A program made the translations under genes and the position numbers. From NCBI RefSeq assembly GCF_009914755.1, contig NC_060942.1: a stretch of 64,000 nucleotides of DNA, one strand, 5' to 3'. Below, in pieces: positions 1-14,215 of the stretch. Within the stretch, counting starts at the first letter, position 1, and each line of letters opens with the position of its first letter. This DNA is from the human T2T-CHM13v2.0 reference genome, Homo sapiens. Under the pieces are notes generated by a model. That model worked only from the letters and a program-made list of their open reading frames with translations, searched no databases and had not been told where the DNA came from.

Positions 1-431
1 TTTTTTTGAGTTTTGACAGTGTGATGTCATGAATAGGAGAAATGCAGGGAGAAAAACATATTTAGATGTCTGGTATGCTGTTTTCCGAATCATTTAATAC
101 AGATTTGATACAAAGCTTGATCTTGTCAGTGTTCTCAAGCTTGTCTTTGTTTTAAATAATGCAACCTTTATATCCACAAATTGTCTCTAACTTACCTCAC
201 CACTCAGAGTTCTACTATTCCATTAAATATTTTTAATTTTCTTAATTGGCCAAATTTACCTACTCATTCTCCTCAAATATTTCCCACATTTTCCCACATG
301 TCATTGCCTCCAGAATGTCTTCTTATCTACCCTATCTTCATCTATGAAAATTTTAGCCTCCATAGACAGCACAGACTTTAGCCAGTTTGCAAGGCATTAC
401 TTGATTAAACCAGTTGGAAATAGTTTTATGT

Positions 432-505
432 CAGTCATTCATTCACTTGTTCAACACACATTTACTGATGGTTTACTATGTGCCAGGCATTGTGGTAGGC
501 TCTGC
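432..505 (-). mobile_element. L2 LINE 3' end fragment
   Basis: CATTCATTCA...CATTTACTGA...TACTATGTGCCAGGCA is the reverse complement of the L2 3' terminus. Confidence 0.65.
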
Positions 506-1959
506 CCTCCCTTAAAAATATTAGTTTTATATTTGGACCAACCACATGGCTCTTGATATATTCTGCTGAATGTTATAGCAATTTGCACGTGGATTTTATC
601 TCAGCACAGTAGGGTAAGTTCCTTGAGGGCTGAGGCTTTGCTTTAGTCATTTTTGAACTTACTGAATTGCTTATTATGGTATCTTTCTTAGAAGAAATGA
701 ATGAAAGAGCATCAAGCTATGTATATATAATTCCAAGACAATTGAACTGCTCAATTTGAGAGAAAAATAATCATATTAGGTAGCCATGTGCTAATTTAGA
801 TAAAGCAGTAAGTTGATTCACTTAATTTCTTATCCCCTGCTTATCTGGATATTGTTAAAAATGGCATTCAATGATTTTTCTCACTTGAATTTTTTTTTTT
901 TTTTGTCAAAGGACAATCAGGATGCTCCAATAAATAAACAGAATCAAGAAGACCTAGTATTGAGATATGGTTTGGTGTTTGTTTTTAACACATATGTGTA
1001 CTCTACAAGACACTTGTGTCAATGGCTGGGAGTGACAAAACTGAATGCAAAGGTGTATAGGATTCCTCTGCTTCATTTGGGCTGCAGAAATAAAGGAAAC
1101 ATAAATGACTTCTATAAGCCCAGTTACTCTCTGGTAAGCCCTAGAACAACCTAAACACAATCCCCAGTGGGCGGGTATATGGTGGTGTCTGATACTATCT
1201 AAAATGCTCAAGGCCATACAGAACTAGGTGGATAGAGGGAGCAAATTTGGCTCACCATTAGTGGATACCACATAGTTTCCTCTCAATGCTTCTTTTTCCT
1301 CCTCATTAATTTCCACTTTTTTTCTGCCTGAGGCTCCCTGAACTCACTCTTTCTCTATTCAAAAGAGATCCACTAGACAGCATCAGATAAACTCCCTTGC
1401 TCTTGGAATGGAGTTCATTTTCAGCATGACGAATAATTATCTCAAGGGATACATCACTCTCTGTGGAATGCCAGACCACAGAAAGTTGTGTGAGGCAGGA
1501 CATTTTAAGGGCAAGCAGCCCTAAAATTAAAATTAAACTAATTAGGTAACTTCCATTTTAATCACCCTGTGAAAAGGTCATTGTGGCCAAGGGACTTAGG
1601 CACAAGATATCTGTTTGATGATTGTATTTACTCATTAGTTTTCTAAAGTTTAGGTACTAGTTTTGTTACTGACAAAGAATCCAATAAGGCCTGATGACCT
1701 CAATGGCAGAATGGACTTCCACTGTTCATATTATTTTCTCTTTGGGAAGAAATTTCCAACTACTTCCCCCTATATGGGGAGTCACAGGGTCACTAGTAAA
1801 CAATATTCTCTGTTCAGGGAAGATTTATGTGAGTGTTCCTTCTCAGCTATCAAATGTAGGTCAAAGAGTCTCTCATTTCCTGAAGCAATGGCCCCTTCAG
1901 GGTCAGGGAGCTCATAAAACCATGTATAAAGCCAGATTGGGGATGACCAGAGAGAGGCA

Positions 1960-2190
1960 GAGATGGCAGTTGGCTGGAGAGCACAGACCCATCTCTAGGG
2001 GGCAGCTGTCCATTGCCATACCGGAATGCACGCTCAGTGTTGCCAGATTTTCACAAAAAGCCAGAAAATGGACGTTTTATTTAAAATCTCCTAATTTTCA
2101 AATGTTGGCTTAAAATATTAACATGTTGTTAAAGGTAAACTATGTCTGTGGGCCATATCCAGGCCATAGCCCACAAGTTTGCCACCTCTG
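1960..2190 (-). mobile_element. MER102-like hAT-Charlie DNA transposon fossil
   Basis: Reverse complement reads CAGAGGTGGCAAACT...GCCAACATTTGAAAATTAGGAGATTT...ATCTGGCAACACTGAG...GCTGCCCCCT, matching the recalled MER102 consensus. Confidence 0.7.
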
Positions 2191-2213
2191 ATTTTTAAAA
2201 AGGTAAACTTGTG

Positions 2214-2331
2214 AGTTGGTATGGTGGTGCATGCCTTAAAGTCCCAGCTACTCCAAAGGCTAAAATGGGAGGACTGTTTGAGCATAGAAGTATGAGTTCC
2301 AGCCTGGCGAACATAGTGAGACTCTGTTTCT
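2214..2331 (+). mobile_element. FLAM (Alu monomer)
   Basis: Single diverged Alu arm, GGTGGTGCATGCC...GTCCCAGCTACT...CAGCCTGGCGAACATAGTGAGACTCTGT. Confidence 0.85.
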
Positions 2332-2380
2332 GTGTATATATATAGATATACATATCTATATATATATATATGTGTGTGTG

Positions 2381-2412
<32 letters not shown>

Positions 2413-2419
2413 TATATAT
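2332..2419. repeat. Compound (TA)n/(TG)n/(CA)n microsatellite in the FLAM tail
   Basis: Directly visible. Confidence 0.95.
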
Positions 2420-4654
2420 TAAATAAAGCAAATTTGTGGTGTGATAGAGTGTGTGTGGAGAGTCTGGGCCCTTAACCACTTTACTGCATTTCTCACAACC
2501 AGAGTAATTCTCATTTTCCCACCCCATCCACCCACCCACTTCCATCCCCAGCTCACTGGAGGCCCACATGGTCAATTTCCTTGTCGGTTTTTAATTAGTG
2601 CCTCTGATCTTTTGAAGTTACCTTTCCCTAGATAAAAATTTAGTCACTACAACAAAAGAAGTAGTAGCCTTTACCTGCTTCTGTTCCTTATGCTTGTTTA
2701 ATGATAAACACCATCTCCGCCAATTCTGTATTCAAGTGTTAAAAAGTAATGAAGGTTTTTCAATTGCCATTTATGACTGCAACGAAAAATTTGCTTCTGC
2801 ATAAGGCTTGCCTATCCTTACTAAGTACTCAGTGATTTTTTCTTATTCTAATGCCCTTAATTAGATTTATAGACTCTTTACAGTGTTTTATGTTGATGAG
2901 GGACTTAGAATACAGCACACACTAATAAAATATCCCCACTACCCAACTTGTGCCTTTGCATGTTTTATTTCAGTGAATAATGAGTCTTAAATAATGTTCT
3001 GAATATGTTGTCAAGGATATTCTAAAGAAATATGGACTGATGATCCATCAGGAAACATTAATAAACACATAACCACATGGAATTGGTGACCGAGAGAAAG
3101 TGATTCATTGGGTCATAAACCATTAAAGAATTTGGGCCATGAATGCCTGCTACAAATAAAAATGTATTTAGAAAACAACAGTTATACATTCTCATTTTTT
3201 AATTACCTTTCTGTGACTTTTAGCTCGTGTAAATGTTTTAAAATTGAAGGTAATCATTGTATAACAGTCTCCATCCTGGGGTAAAGAAATTTACTCTACA
3301 TAGTTTCCTTTTCACATGACACAGCCATTTTCATGGTTATAGCTAATTAGTTTCGTCTCGACATTAGATACGGAGGATGTTTAAGCAACGTAAACTAGCT
3401 GTCATCCAGCGGCATCATAATCAAAATAGCATAAAATTTGCCATAAAACCTGCAGCTAATAACATTTATAAGGCACCTTATTACATAAGGATATTGGAGA
3501 AGCTCAGACACTGTATATCACAATGCTTCCCTGGGGACCTGGTTCATTTTCCTAATGACTGTATATGGGTTTACTTTAGGAGCTTTTATGCACCTGCCTG
3601 AGCACAGGGCTAACCCAGCCAGACTGATAAGAACTGAAGCAGAGTGAGGTCCAAACTAGATCTGCCTGAAAATGAATCAGCAATCTGGCTACCTTTGTTG
3701 TTCACTAGCTAAGCCTTCTCAGCATTTCGTGGTCATGCTGGTTTTAATATTCGTCCATGTTTTATTTGAAAATGCTGATACCCTGCTCTCCACCTAAGAG
3801 GCTTTTTTTTTTCTGTGCCCTACTCTTGTAGCCTTTATGCCTCACTCATCCTTGTAAGCTAACATCAAGCTATGTTTCCTCACAGAGATTTCCCTGTAAC
3901 TCTAGCCCACATCAACGTTTACCTTTGAGCTTTTATCTGGCCTGCATAGTCAGGGTCCATTCTTGCCTCAATTCTTGCCTATTTTTTTCTTTTTAAAAAA
4001 TTGAATACAACTTACAGCTCAATCTTACATCATCACCAAATCATAGAGAGTCAATCCTGGAAGTACATTAGGGCCACATGTTCCAACCTTAAATGATATT
4101 TGACCAGTCCTATTTGGGACTTCCTTTTCTCTTTCATTACCCATGGAACAGTCAGCTGCAGCATGAGAACTACGTTGCATTGATATTCAGGATGCTGCCC
4201 ACAGTTCAATCTATTCACATGATTTCTTACTTGCTAATCTAGCTCCTGCCATTCCACCATGCTAGACCCTGCTTCTGGTGACCCTTTGTTGTCTGGAATA
4301 CATTTTCTGAACAATGACTCAATCAATGGTTTCCAATAATAACTGTTGCCTAGAAGCCCTGCTCTCAATCCCACCCAGTCATTTCTCATGCAGCAACTTG
4401 AATATCAAACATAATCTGCATGGTGAAGATTTTTCTATTCCTCCCTCGGCTTAGTGATCCCACTCTGGGGAGGAGGACCAACCTTATTATCTGAACCATC
4501 TATCCTATCTCTACTCAGGGAAGTTTCTGAATGCCCTATAACTTGGATCCTGCCAACTATGATAATCAGTTTAGCTTATTTCCTATCATGCAATGTGTTA
4601 CGTTATATGCTAGCCAGTTTGCTGATTATGTCCTGTATAAAGCTTGCCTTTTCT

Positions 4655-4772
4655 TTCTAACTAGATTATAAGCTTCTTATGAAGAAAGATGCTGTCATTA
4701 TACTTCTTTATCAAAGCTTTAATGCATTCTCTAGTCCTAGGCATGTGGTAGTGCTCATACATTCATTAATGA
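4655..4772 (+). mobile_element. L2 3' fragment
   Basis: CTAGATTATAAGCTTCTT...CCTAGGCATGTGGTAGTGCTCA resembles the L2 3' end. Confidence 0.5.
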
Positions 4773-6504
4773 TTATCTTCCAAAAACAGCGTGTACCCAG
4801 TATGATTCTAATACAATAAAGACACCATTCGATCATCTAATCGGATCTGGCTGTCCACCATTGGAAGGAGTAATACAGTTGCTGAATGTAAGATGTTCCC
4901 CTAATCCATCCTAAATCTTCCTTTTCTTACATGATCTCTTTTCACTGTAAATTTGAATCTTCACTTCATTCAATTCTCAGTTTACAATTTCTAGCTTTAT
5001 TCTCCAGTCTTCTAGTTCTTCTGCCTCTCCTCTTCTCTCCTCTCCTTCCCTTTAACTTAAGGGCTTTTCTGTTGCCAAATTTTTCATGTTTGACTCTGTG
5101 GTAACTTCCTGTGAACTGCCCGTGATACAGCCTGATTAAGTGTGGCCTTTCTCCTTGGAATCTTTTCCCTCTCTGGGGCTCCAGCCCTGAGAATCACTGC
5201 CTTATAGAAACTATATGCCTTTTCACTTCTTTGGTATTGCTCATATCATTACCTCTACACATCCCATAGTGCCATCTATGCCTCCCCAGACAGATACCTC
5301 ATTTTCCCCCATGATAATATAATAGTAATAACAGATATTATATAATTTTATATGTATTGTATATAATACATGTAAAATATTTAGTGACAACTTCTTGAGC
5401 TCAAATAGTGATGCAAAATATTATAGAAAATAATTATAATAATTGGAATTCATGCAAATTAATTGGCAATGGTATAGATCACAAAATGCTATAAATATGC
5501 AAACAGCAGTAAAGCATCATCAGAGTGTTCCCCCTATTTATTAGGGGAGTTTATTTGTGTATTGTGGATTATAGATTATTATAGTGAAAAGAATAAACAA
5601 AATTAGAAAGTGATTGCATTACAATATGGCAAACAGACATCTATAACATTTTTATGAAAGACTTTAAACTTCTTATGGTATTTTTGAAAATGAAATGGTT
5701 CATGAAGTTTCCTGAAACTGAGGGACCTACAGAACAATTGAAATGGCTTGAGAAAGAGAATTCATCTCTTCATATTAGGAAGCTAACTCTGTTCTGATAT
5801 TTGGCCATCATACAAACAAAAGTGTAGGTATATTATGAACCATTCTAGGGAAAACCTTTACCTCATCAAACTTACTTCTGAATGTAGTTAAAGGAGTCAC
5901 ACTACACAAATAAGTAGAATACACAGCACATCTGACAGTAATAAGGTTAGGAGAAAACTAAAATGAGGTTACGGGATGCTTGTCAAGACTGGTGTGCACT
6001 AGTTTAAGTACAAATATCAAGATAGGTTTCACTGATATTGTGCTACTGAGCAGAGAAATAGTTGAAGAAATAAGTGATGTGATATCTGGAGAAAGCATGC
6101 TTCAGGTACAGGAAGCAGAGAAAGAAATATTTTATTCTTGCCACTCAATAACAAGGATCCCTGTGAGGTTGGTGGTCATGAATTTAAAGTGATATCAGTC
6201 ATCAGGGTTATGTATATATTTTTTGGTTTGGTTTGGTTTTTGCTCTAGTGGTCACAATGGGTGGGAGCTGGATTTGACCAAGTTTGGGATTTTGCCAAGT
6301 GATTATAAATAGGAAGAGGATCAACAGAGTTGAAAGAGTGAACAAGAAAGTGATAATAAAATAAGAATCTCAAGTAAGGAAGAAAATGAGGGCATGGGGA
6401 AGGAATAAGGGACACTGGAAAGGTGGCAGAATCAAACAATTGTAGAGCCTCGAGAAGTCACAGGCTTCATAAATCTGACTTCTAGTCTATGTAGAGTTGA
6501 TTGA

Positions 6505-7225
6505 CAGCTGGCAGCCCCTGGGTACCTCTTTCGGGATTGGGCTGGTCACAAAAGGGATCAACACAGACTTAGAGGGTTGAAACTTTCCGCTCCATTCCCC
6601 AACCTCTGGGGAGGGTAGACAGGCTGGAAGTTAACTTAATCACCAATGGCCAAGGGTTTAATCAATCATGCCTATGTAATGAAGCCTCCATAAAAATCCA
6701 AAAGGACTGAATTCAGAGAGATTTTGCAAAGCTGAATCAGGAGGTTCCTGGAGGGTGGTAGGCCTAGGGAGGGCAGGGAAGCCCCATGCCCCTTCCCTTA
6801 TACCTCATGCTATGTATCACTTTATCTGTATCCTTTGTACTATCCTTTATAATAAAATGATAAGCATGTTTTGCTAAGTTCTGTGAGCCATTTTAGCAAA
6901 TTAATTGAACCCAAAAATGGGGTTGTGGGAACCCTAACTTGAAACTAGTCAGATATTCTAGAAGTCCAGACTTGTGACTAATGTCTGAAAGGGAGGCAGT
7001 CTTGGGGACTGAGCCCTCACTCTGTGGAATCTGATGCTATCTTCAGGTTGATAGTGTTAGAATCAAGCTGGAGAACACCCAGCTGGTAACTGCTGCAGAA
7101 TTGATTGCTTACTCAGTTTCTGGGGAAAAACTCCCACACATTTGGTCAACAAAGTCTTCTCTATTTATCGTCATTGTGGGTGAGAACAGAGAAAAAAAAA
7201 AACATGGCTTGATTTTGTATTTCCT
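6505..7225 (+). mobile_element. MER21B-like LTR (ERVL class)
   Basis: ATCACCAATGGCCAAGGGTTTAATCAATCATGCCTATGTAATGAAGCCTCCATAAAAA, AATAAA and GTTCTGTGAGCC match the recalled MER21 consensus. Confidence 0.8.
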
Positions 7226-7373
7226 CTACTAACGGAAGGTATGTACTTCAACATGGTAAAGGCCACATATGACAAACCCACAACTAACATAATACTGAAT
7301 GGGCAAAAGATCAGGAACAAGACAAGGATGCTTACTCTCACAACTTCTATTCAACATAAGATTTAAAGTTCTA

Positions 7374-7735
<362 letters not shown>

Positions 7736-8993
7736 CTAAGCAATTTTGAGCAAAATGAACAAAGCTGGAGACAACATATTATTCACTTCAAAATATATTA
7801 CAAACTATAGTTACCAAGACACATAGTACCAGCATATAGACATATAGACCAATGGAACAGAATAGAGAGCTCAGAAATGAATTCATGCACCTACAGCCAA
7901 CTGATTTTTGACAAAGATGCCAAGAATGCACACTGGGGAAGAGAGTCTCTTCAATAAATGGTGCTGGGAAAATTGGATATCAGAAAATGAAACTGGACCC
8001 CTACCTCTCATTATATAAAACAATCAACTCAGAATGGATTAAAGGCAAATATAAAATTGAAATTATTAAACTACTAAAAGAAAACAGAGGAAATGTTTCA
8101 CAACATTGGGCTGGGCAATAATTTTTCTTAATAAAATAACTCAAAAGCAAAAGCAAACCCCCCCCAAAATAAGCAAATGGGATTACATCAAACTAAGAAG
8201 CTTTTGCATAGCAAAGGAAACAATTTAATGGAGTAAAGAGACAATCTACAAAATGAGAAAAAAATATTTGCAAACTATACATCTGGCAAAAGTTAATATC
8301 CAGAATATTTAAGGAACTTAAACAACTCAGCAGCAAAAAGATAAAAATAAAAATAAAAAAATAACCCAATTAAAAAATGGGCAAGAGACCATAATAGACA
8401 TTTCTCTAGAAAAGATATACAAATGGCCAACAAGTGTATATATTAAAAAAAAAAGTTCAACATCACTAGTCAACAGGAAAATGCAAATCAAAACCACAAT
8501 TAGATACCACTTTACTCCAGTTAGAATGCCAATTATCAAAAAGACAAAAGAAAACCGAGTGTTGGTGAGAATGTGGAGAAAAGGGAACACTTATACACTG
8601 TTGGTGGGATTGTAAACTAGTATAGACATTACAGAGAACAGTATGGAGGTCCCTCAAAAAATTAAAAATATGTCTACCATATGATTCTGCAATCTCACAA
8701 CTGGGTATGTATCCAAAGGAAATAAAATCAGTATGTTGAAGAGTTATCTGCACTTCCGTGTTCATTGCAGCACTACTTACAATAGCTAAGATGTGGGATC
8801 AACGTAAGCATCCACAACAGATGAATAGATAAAGAAAATGTGGTACATATACACAGAGGTATACTACTCACCCATAAAAAGGAATGAAATACTGTCATGT
8901 ACAATAATATTGATGAAGCTGGAGGGGAATCTTGATAAGTGAAATAAGCCAGACACGGTGAAACAAATACCACATGATCTTAATCATGTGGAA

Positions 8994-9298
8994 TATTATT
9001 ATTATTATATTTTGAAACAGGGTCCTGCTCTACCACTCAGGCTGGAGTACAGTGCTGTGACCTTTGCTCACTTCAGCCTCCACCTCTCTGGCTGAAGTGA
9101 TCCACCCACCTCAGCCTCCCAAGTAGCTGGGACTACAGGAACACACCACAACACCCCGCTAATTTTTGTATTTTTTTTGTAGAGACGGGGCCTCTGCTGT
9201 TTGGCCAAGGCTGGTCTCAAACTCCTAGACTCAAGCACTCCTCCTGCCTCAGCCTCCCAGAGTGCTGGGATTATAGGTATAAGCCACCATGCCTGGCC
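8994..9298 (-). mobile_element. AluJ-type Alu
   Basis: Diverged dimeric Alu with an (ATT)n tail; approximate TSD TCATGTGGAAT/TCTTGTGGAAT. Confidence 0.85.
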
Positions 9299-9949
9299 CT
9301 CTTGTGGAATCAAAAAAAAAAAAAAGTGGATGTCACGTAAGCAAAGAGTAAAACCGTTGTTATTAGAGACTGGGGAGGGGAGAAGAAAGCAGAGGATGGG
9401 GATACATTTTTCACTGGGTACAAAGCTACAATTAAATGGAAGGAATAAATTCTGGAATTCTATGGCACAGAGGGGGTGAATATGGTTAATGATAAAATAT
9501 TGTATATTACCAAATAGTTAGAAGATAAACTTTTAAATGTTTTCATCACAAAGAAACAACAAACACATGTGTGATTGATACAATAACAAGCTTGATTGGA
9601 TAGTTATACAACACACATATGTATTGAAACATTAAATTGTACCCCATAAACATATACAACTATCATGTGTCAATTAAAGAAAAAATTCATACAAAATTTA
9701 AAAATATATGTATAAATAAAGGCAAAATAAAAGTAAACTATTTTAAAAGATAAAGTGATTACATATTAAATTATTTCAACACATCAGTGCTCATTTATAT
9801 TTACCCCAGAAGGAACAATGAGAGGTCAGCTGTACTGGGCTAGTGACAGCTGCAAGTGAAGACTGATAAGGGTATCTTTTCTGAACAGCTCAAATAACAC
9901 CAGTAGTGAATGATTTACTCAAATGGTGACAACACTTCACAAAGCTCCA

Positions 9950-10300
9950 AATAAATGGAAGTAATATCTGTCTTTGATTTTCACAATAGTTGCATTTCTG
10001 TACATTTTCATACATGTTATCACTGGGGAAAATATTTCGAGTTTAAAATCTAAAGTGGAGTTGTTTTCTAGTCTCAGGTATTAATAAACTGCCTTTTCAC
10101 CTACGTGAACATCCAATGGAATGTCTGAAAATAACCTGAACTACAAACAAATCTTTTCTTGTGAAGGATCACCCCTCTCCTTGCGGACAATCTACCTGAC
10201 CCCTGTCACTTTGTATCATGTCTCAATCCCAGTCATTGTGAAAACCAAAACCATGCACACACAGTTTTGAAATGCACTCATGCTTTCTCTAATGAGAACA
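9950..10300 (+). mobile_element. MER20B-like hAT-Charlie fossil
   Basis: TTTTCACCTACGTGAA...CCCAGTCATTGTGAAAACCAAAA...TGAGAAC match the recalled MER20B consensus. Confidence 0.7.
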
Positions 10301-11994
10301 AGAAGATTAACATTCATTTTAGCTTATAGTAAAAAAGAGGAGCTTAATGAAAAATCTGAGACATAAATGAAACTTTAAAATTGTGGTCTATACAATTCTC
10401 AAAGTGACTAAAAAGTGAGACATTCTGGACAGAGGCTAATCTTGAATATGCATATATACTTTGATGAGTTAAAATTGTCCATCATTTGTTTCATGACTCA
10501 AAAGTTAGATGTGTCTGTTTTCTATCCACTGCCATACTTAAAATGCACATGATTAAAAAATAGAAAAGCAAAACACGCTCTAAGTATACTGCATATTGCT
10601 AGTTCCAAAAAAACGCTAAGAATTCAGAAATCTTTGTAAAATTCTGGGTACCTGAACTTCAGCTGGGTTTATAATGCAATGAATATGCCATCTGTATGTT
10701 ATCTTACCACATGTGGGCCAGTGAAGTTGTGTACATTTGCACACCTGCATGCTTACCATTAGCTTCATATGGAGAACCTGCCTATTTGTTATAGGAAAGC
10801 TAAAGCTACTGTTTGCATTTATGTATCCAACCTGCTAATCAGTTGTAGCCTCCATCTAATCAGAAAGACAGCAAGTATTGCTGGCCAAATGGAGGAGAAT
10901 GGTGGTGATAATAGTGATAGGGAAAATCAAACCTGAGAATCTGACTTACTATAGTTGCAAATATTATTTTCAATAAAAAGGTTTGAAATGGTACATTGTT
11001 ATTCATAGCTAAAACAGAACAGAACAGACCACCTCCCATTCTATCAAAATTTACTCAAAATTGTCATCATCAAAGCCTTTTCAGGCTGTAAAATAAATAC
11101 AACCTAGTTCTGTCTTTACACATATATCCACATGCCTCTACATACGCACATCCATTTTGTGTGCATAAATAAGCATAGTTTGGTTTTTGTTCACCAAACA
11201 CTTCAGATTATTTTTTCAGATATTTAGCCCTCTCTTTGCTTTTTGAAGACATTCAACATAAAGAAAAAGAAAAAAATGCTTTTTTAAATTCATTTACACT
11301 TCAATCATCCATGTTGTTTAATATGAACTATTTGATATTCAAGAGCCCTTGGGGCTTTTCAAACATGCTTTGGAAAAATCTTTTTTTTTCTCCCCTAATA
11401 TAAGAAGTAGCATTTCGCCAAAGGCAAGTCATACTGAATGCCAGGGAAGCAGGGTGCTACTTTACTCTGAACTTGTGAATCTTGAGTAATGTCTAAATTG
11501 GGGAAAAGAGAGCTCTTGGTAGTTTGTTGTATGTGCATACATGGGTACCTTCGTCTTATACAGTCACAAATCAATCTTTATAATCTATATTATTTTACAG
11601 AATAAGAATTTTAATATCAATCTAGGAAGACCAGGATACAGACATAAGATTAGCATCTTTCCTTCTTCCATCTCTACCCACTTCTCCTCCTCCTCCCCAA
11701 CTCCTTCCTTCTCTCCTTCATTTTCTTTCCTTTTAATATATGAAAAGAGCCACTGGGTCTAATCAATATTCTCTCTTAGGATAATCTTTCTCAGGTGGAA
11801 AAATGGACATATAGAGCAACCTTAAAAGAGTCATGAAACTTTAACCCCTCAAGTGGTTCATAAATTTTTCTGTTAAAATTCCATACTTATAAAGACCTAG
11901 CCTCTACTTGATTCCAGATATATGAGGTTCACTGACTCCAGAGGGGGCAACGCACATCCTTAAAAATCACCAAAATTTACTTCCTTTTTGAGGA

Positions 11995-13386
11995 AAGTGT
12001 TCAAGATTTGTGGGGCTACAGGTCTATAAATTTTGAAGACCTGTTTTAAGGAAAATATTAAAAATTATAAATACAAAATCAAGTATTCAACTTTTTATTT
12101 AAAATGATAAATGAAACTATAATACATTACACATTTTTAAAACTATTAAAATCCAGAAAAAATAGTATATTTACATTTATTATAATGTTTATTTATTTAC
12201 TGCCTAGCAGTTAATAATCTATCATTTTTCTTAAACTTTTTTGACTGCTGGTCCTTTGATCACATTGCCATATGAAAATGATTTTGTGGCATCATTTTTT
12301 CATGGAGTGAATAGGAAGATCATTCAATCTTTCCTTTAGCAAGGTTGACAGAAATGTGTTTTTAATCATTGATGCTTTATTAAATTTTCTTTCAGCATCT
12401 TAACTTGTCGGTAATGTCATGTAAATTGTTAAGATTGTTTTCAAATTTGGGTAAACATCTCAATTTTTTTTTTTAATACAAGCTGTAAGATGTCAGGGCA
12501 TTTCAAAGTATGTGTGTTTGTGTGTATGTGTGTAGTGACAAACACAATATCCTCTTTGAATTGATGACATGCGCTGACCAATTTGTAGTAAATATCCTCT
12601 TGAGTAGTGATCTTTCGAGAGTTGTATATTATCTTTATCAGTGTTTTTACTTTATGTCAAGTCATCAAGAAATCAGTAAGAACCTGTATAGATGTAAAGG
12701 AAAAGGTCATGTCAGACAGAGAATAGTATGACAAAGGTCTGACCTGGTAGGACAGGGTAACAGTTTGAATGGGGTGGAGTGGAGAGCACCAAAGCGTGAA
12801 GGGACACACTCTTTGGAGCTAGGCAAGGAGGTGGAAGGTAGAGCTGAACGCTGGATAGTGGCTTCTAGCCCATCAGGCTTTAAAGCTAAGGAAATGACAG
12901 CCAGTTCTTGAATTATTATGCATAAGCAGTGTAGTTTTACGTTCGGTTTGCATTTGAGTTCCACAAACTCAAGTCTTATACTTACTAACCTATGTAACCT
13001 AGCTGGAGGTAATTTAACCTTTCACCTAAGAGACTGTGCACCACATAAATATATCCCACTAAACCCACATTAACTGTAGCTACAAATCACCTCCCCTTAC
13101 CCAAATTTCAAAAATGCCTGCAGCCATTCTAGTTACATGACACAGGGCCAATTTGATACAATGGATGTCACAGTTGGGGGGTGGAGGGGAAACATGGTCT
13201 TAACTTACTGAGGTAAAAAATATCTTACTTCCAAATTTTACAAAAGAATATGATCATGTGAACAATTGCACGGATTATTTTCACATTTTGGCCCATGCAA
13301 GTGAAGGACCCTGACATGTGAAGCCCACATTTTGGCCCATGAAAGTGAAGGGCCTTTCATTGGCTTGATATTAACATGCCTCTCTG
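11995..13386. mobile_element. Arthur1-like hAT-Tip100 DNA transposon fossil, possibly interrupted
   Basis: Start TTTGTGGGGCT...AAATACAAAATCAAGTA and end GGCCCATGCAAGTGAAGG...TTCATTGGCTT...CCTCTCTG resemble Arthur1 termini. Confidence 0.6.
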
Positions 13387-13649
13387 TTCTTTCCTCTTTG
13401 GTACTTTGGCTCTGGTTTTACATGCTTGGAGCCCTACTGTATAAGTCTTTAAAACATCTGGGGACAGTCATATGTTTTTGTTCCTAAGTCTCTTCTTCCA
13501 GATAAACATTCTCATTCAGACTCACATTCCAGGGTATAAGTGGCTCCTCCCTGCTCTCCCCATTTAGTGCTTATAACTTTCACATTTGTTATTTCAACTA
13601 TTCTTAAGTGCTTAATCAGAAGGTCTGTTAGAATCACATATTGGCAACT

Positions 13650-14215
13650 GTGTGGGGCATAGTGTAATTTCATATACAACTGGCAGAAGTGTAAATTGGG
13701 GAAATTATTGATGGGGATTCCATTGAGCAGTAACTATTTAAATTAAAAATCTGCATACCCTGTGATCTAGCACCAGCACTTATTAGATTCAGCCTCTGAA
13801 AAACATGCACATGTGCAAAGTGAATCATGTAGGAGAATGTTCACCCTGGCACTTTTTATAGCACAGAAAGGCTGGCAATAATACAAATGTTAATTTAGCA
13901 AAGAAATGGCTCAAAAATGTGCTGCATTTGTATTGTGGCATTCTCTAAGAAGATCAATACAGAGATTAAGCCGATAGATTTACAGATTGTCAAGACATAT
14001 TTTTTAGTAAAAATCAAACAAAATTGTCCGGATACTACACAAACTACAATGTCTTTACTGTGAAGCAAGCAGGCACAGAATACACATAAACATACATGTA
14101 GAAATATGTAGCAGTAACTGACATCTCTGTAGAGGGCCAGAATTGGGATGATTGGTTAAAGGAAATTTTTTCCTCAGGTGTAGCTTTTTAAAATTTGTTG
14201 TTTTAAACAAGAACA
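13650..14215 (+). mobile_element. Old L1M (L1ME-like) 3' fragment
   Basis: CTGGCAGAAGTGTAAATTGG...CATACCCTGTGATCTAGCA...AGAATGTTCA are L1 ORF2-end/3'UTR motifs. Confidence 0.65.

Noticed and set aside
11936-11952. Second CTCF-like site CCAGAGGGGGCAAC
   Set aside because: The 5' half is out of register with the consensus; too weak to call.
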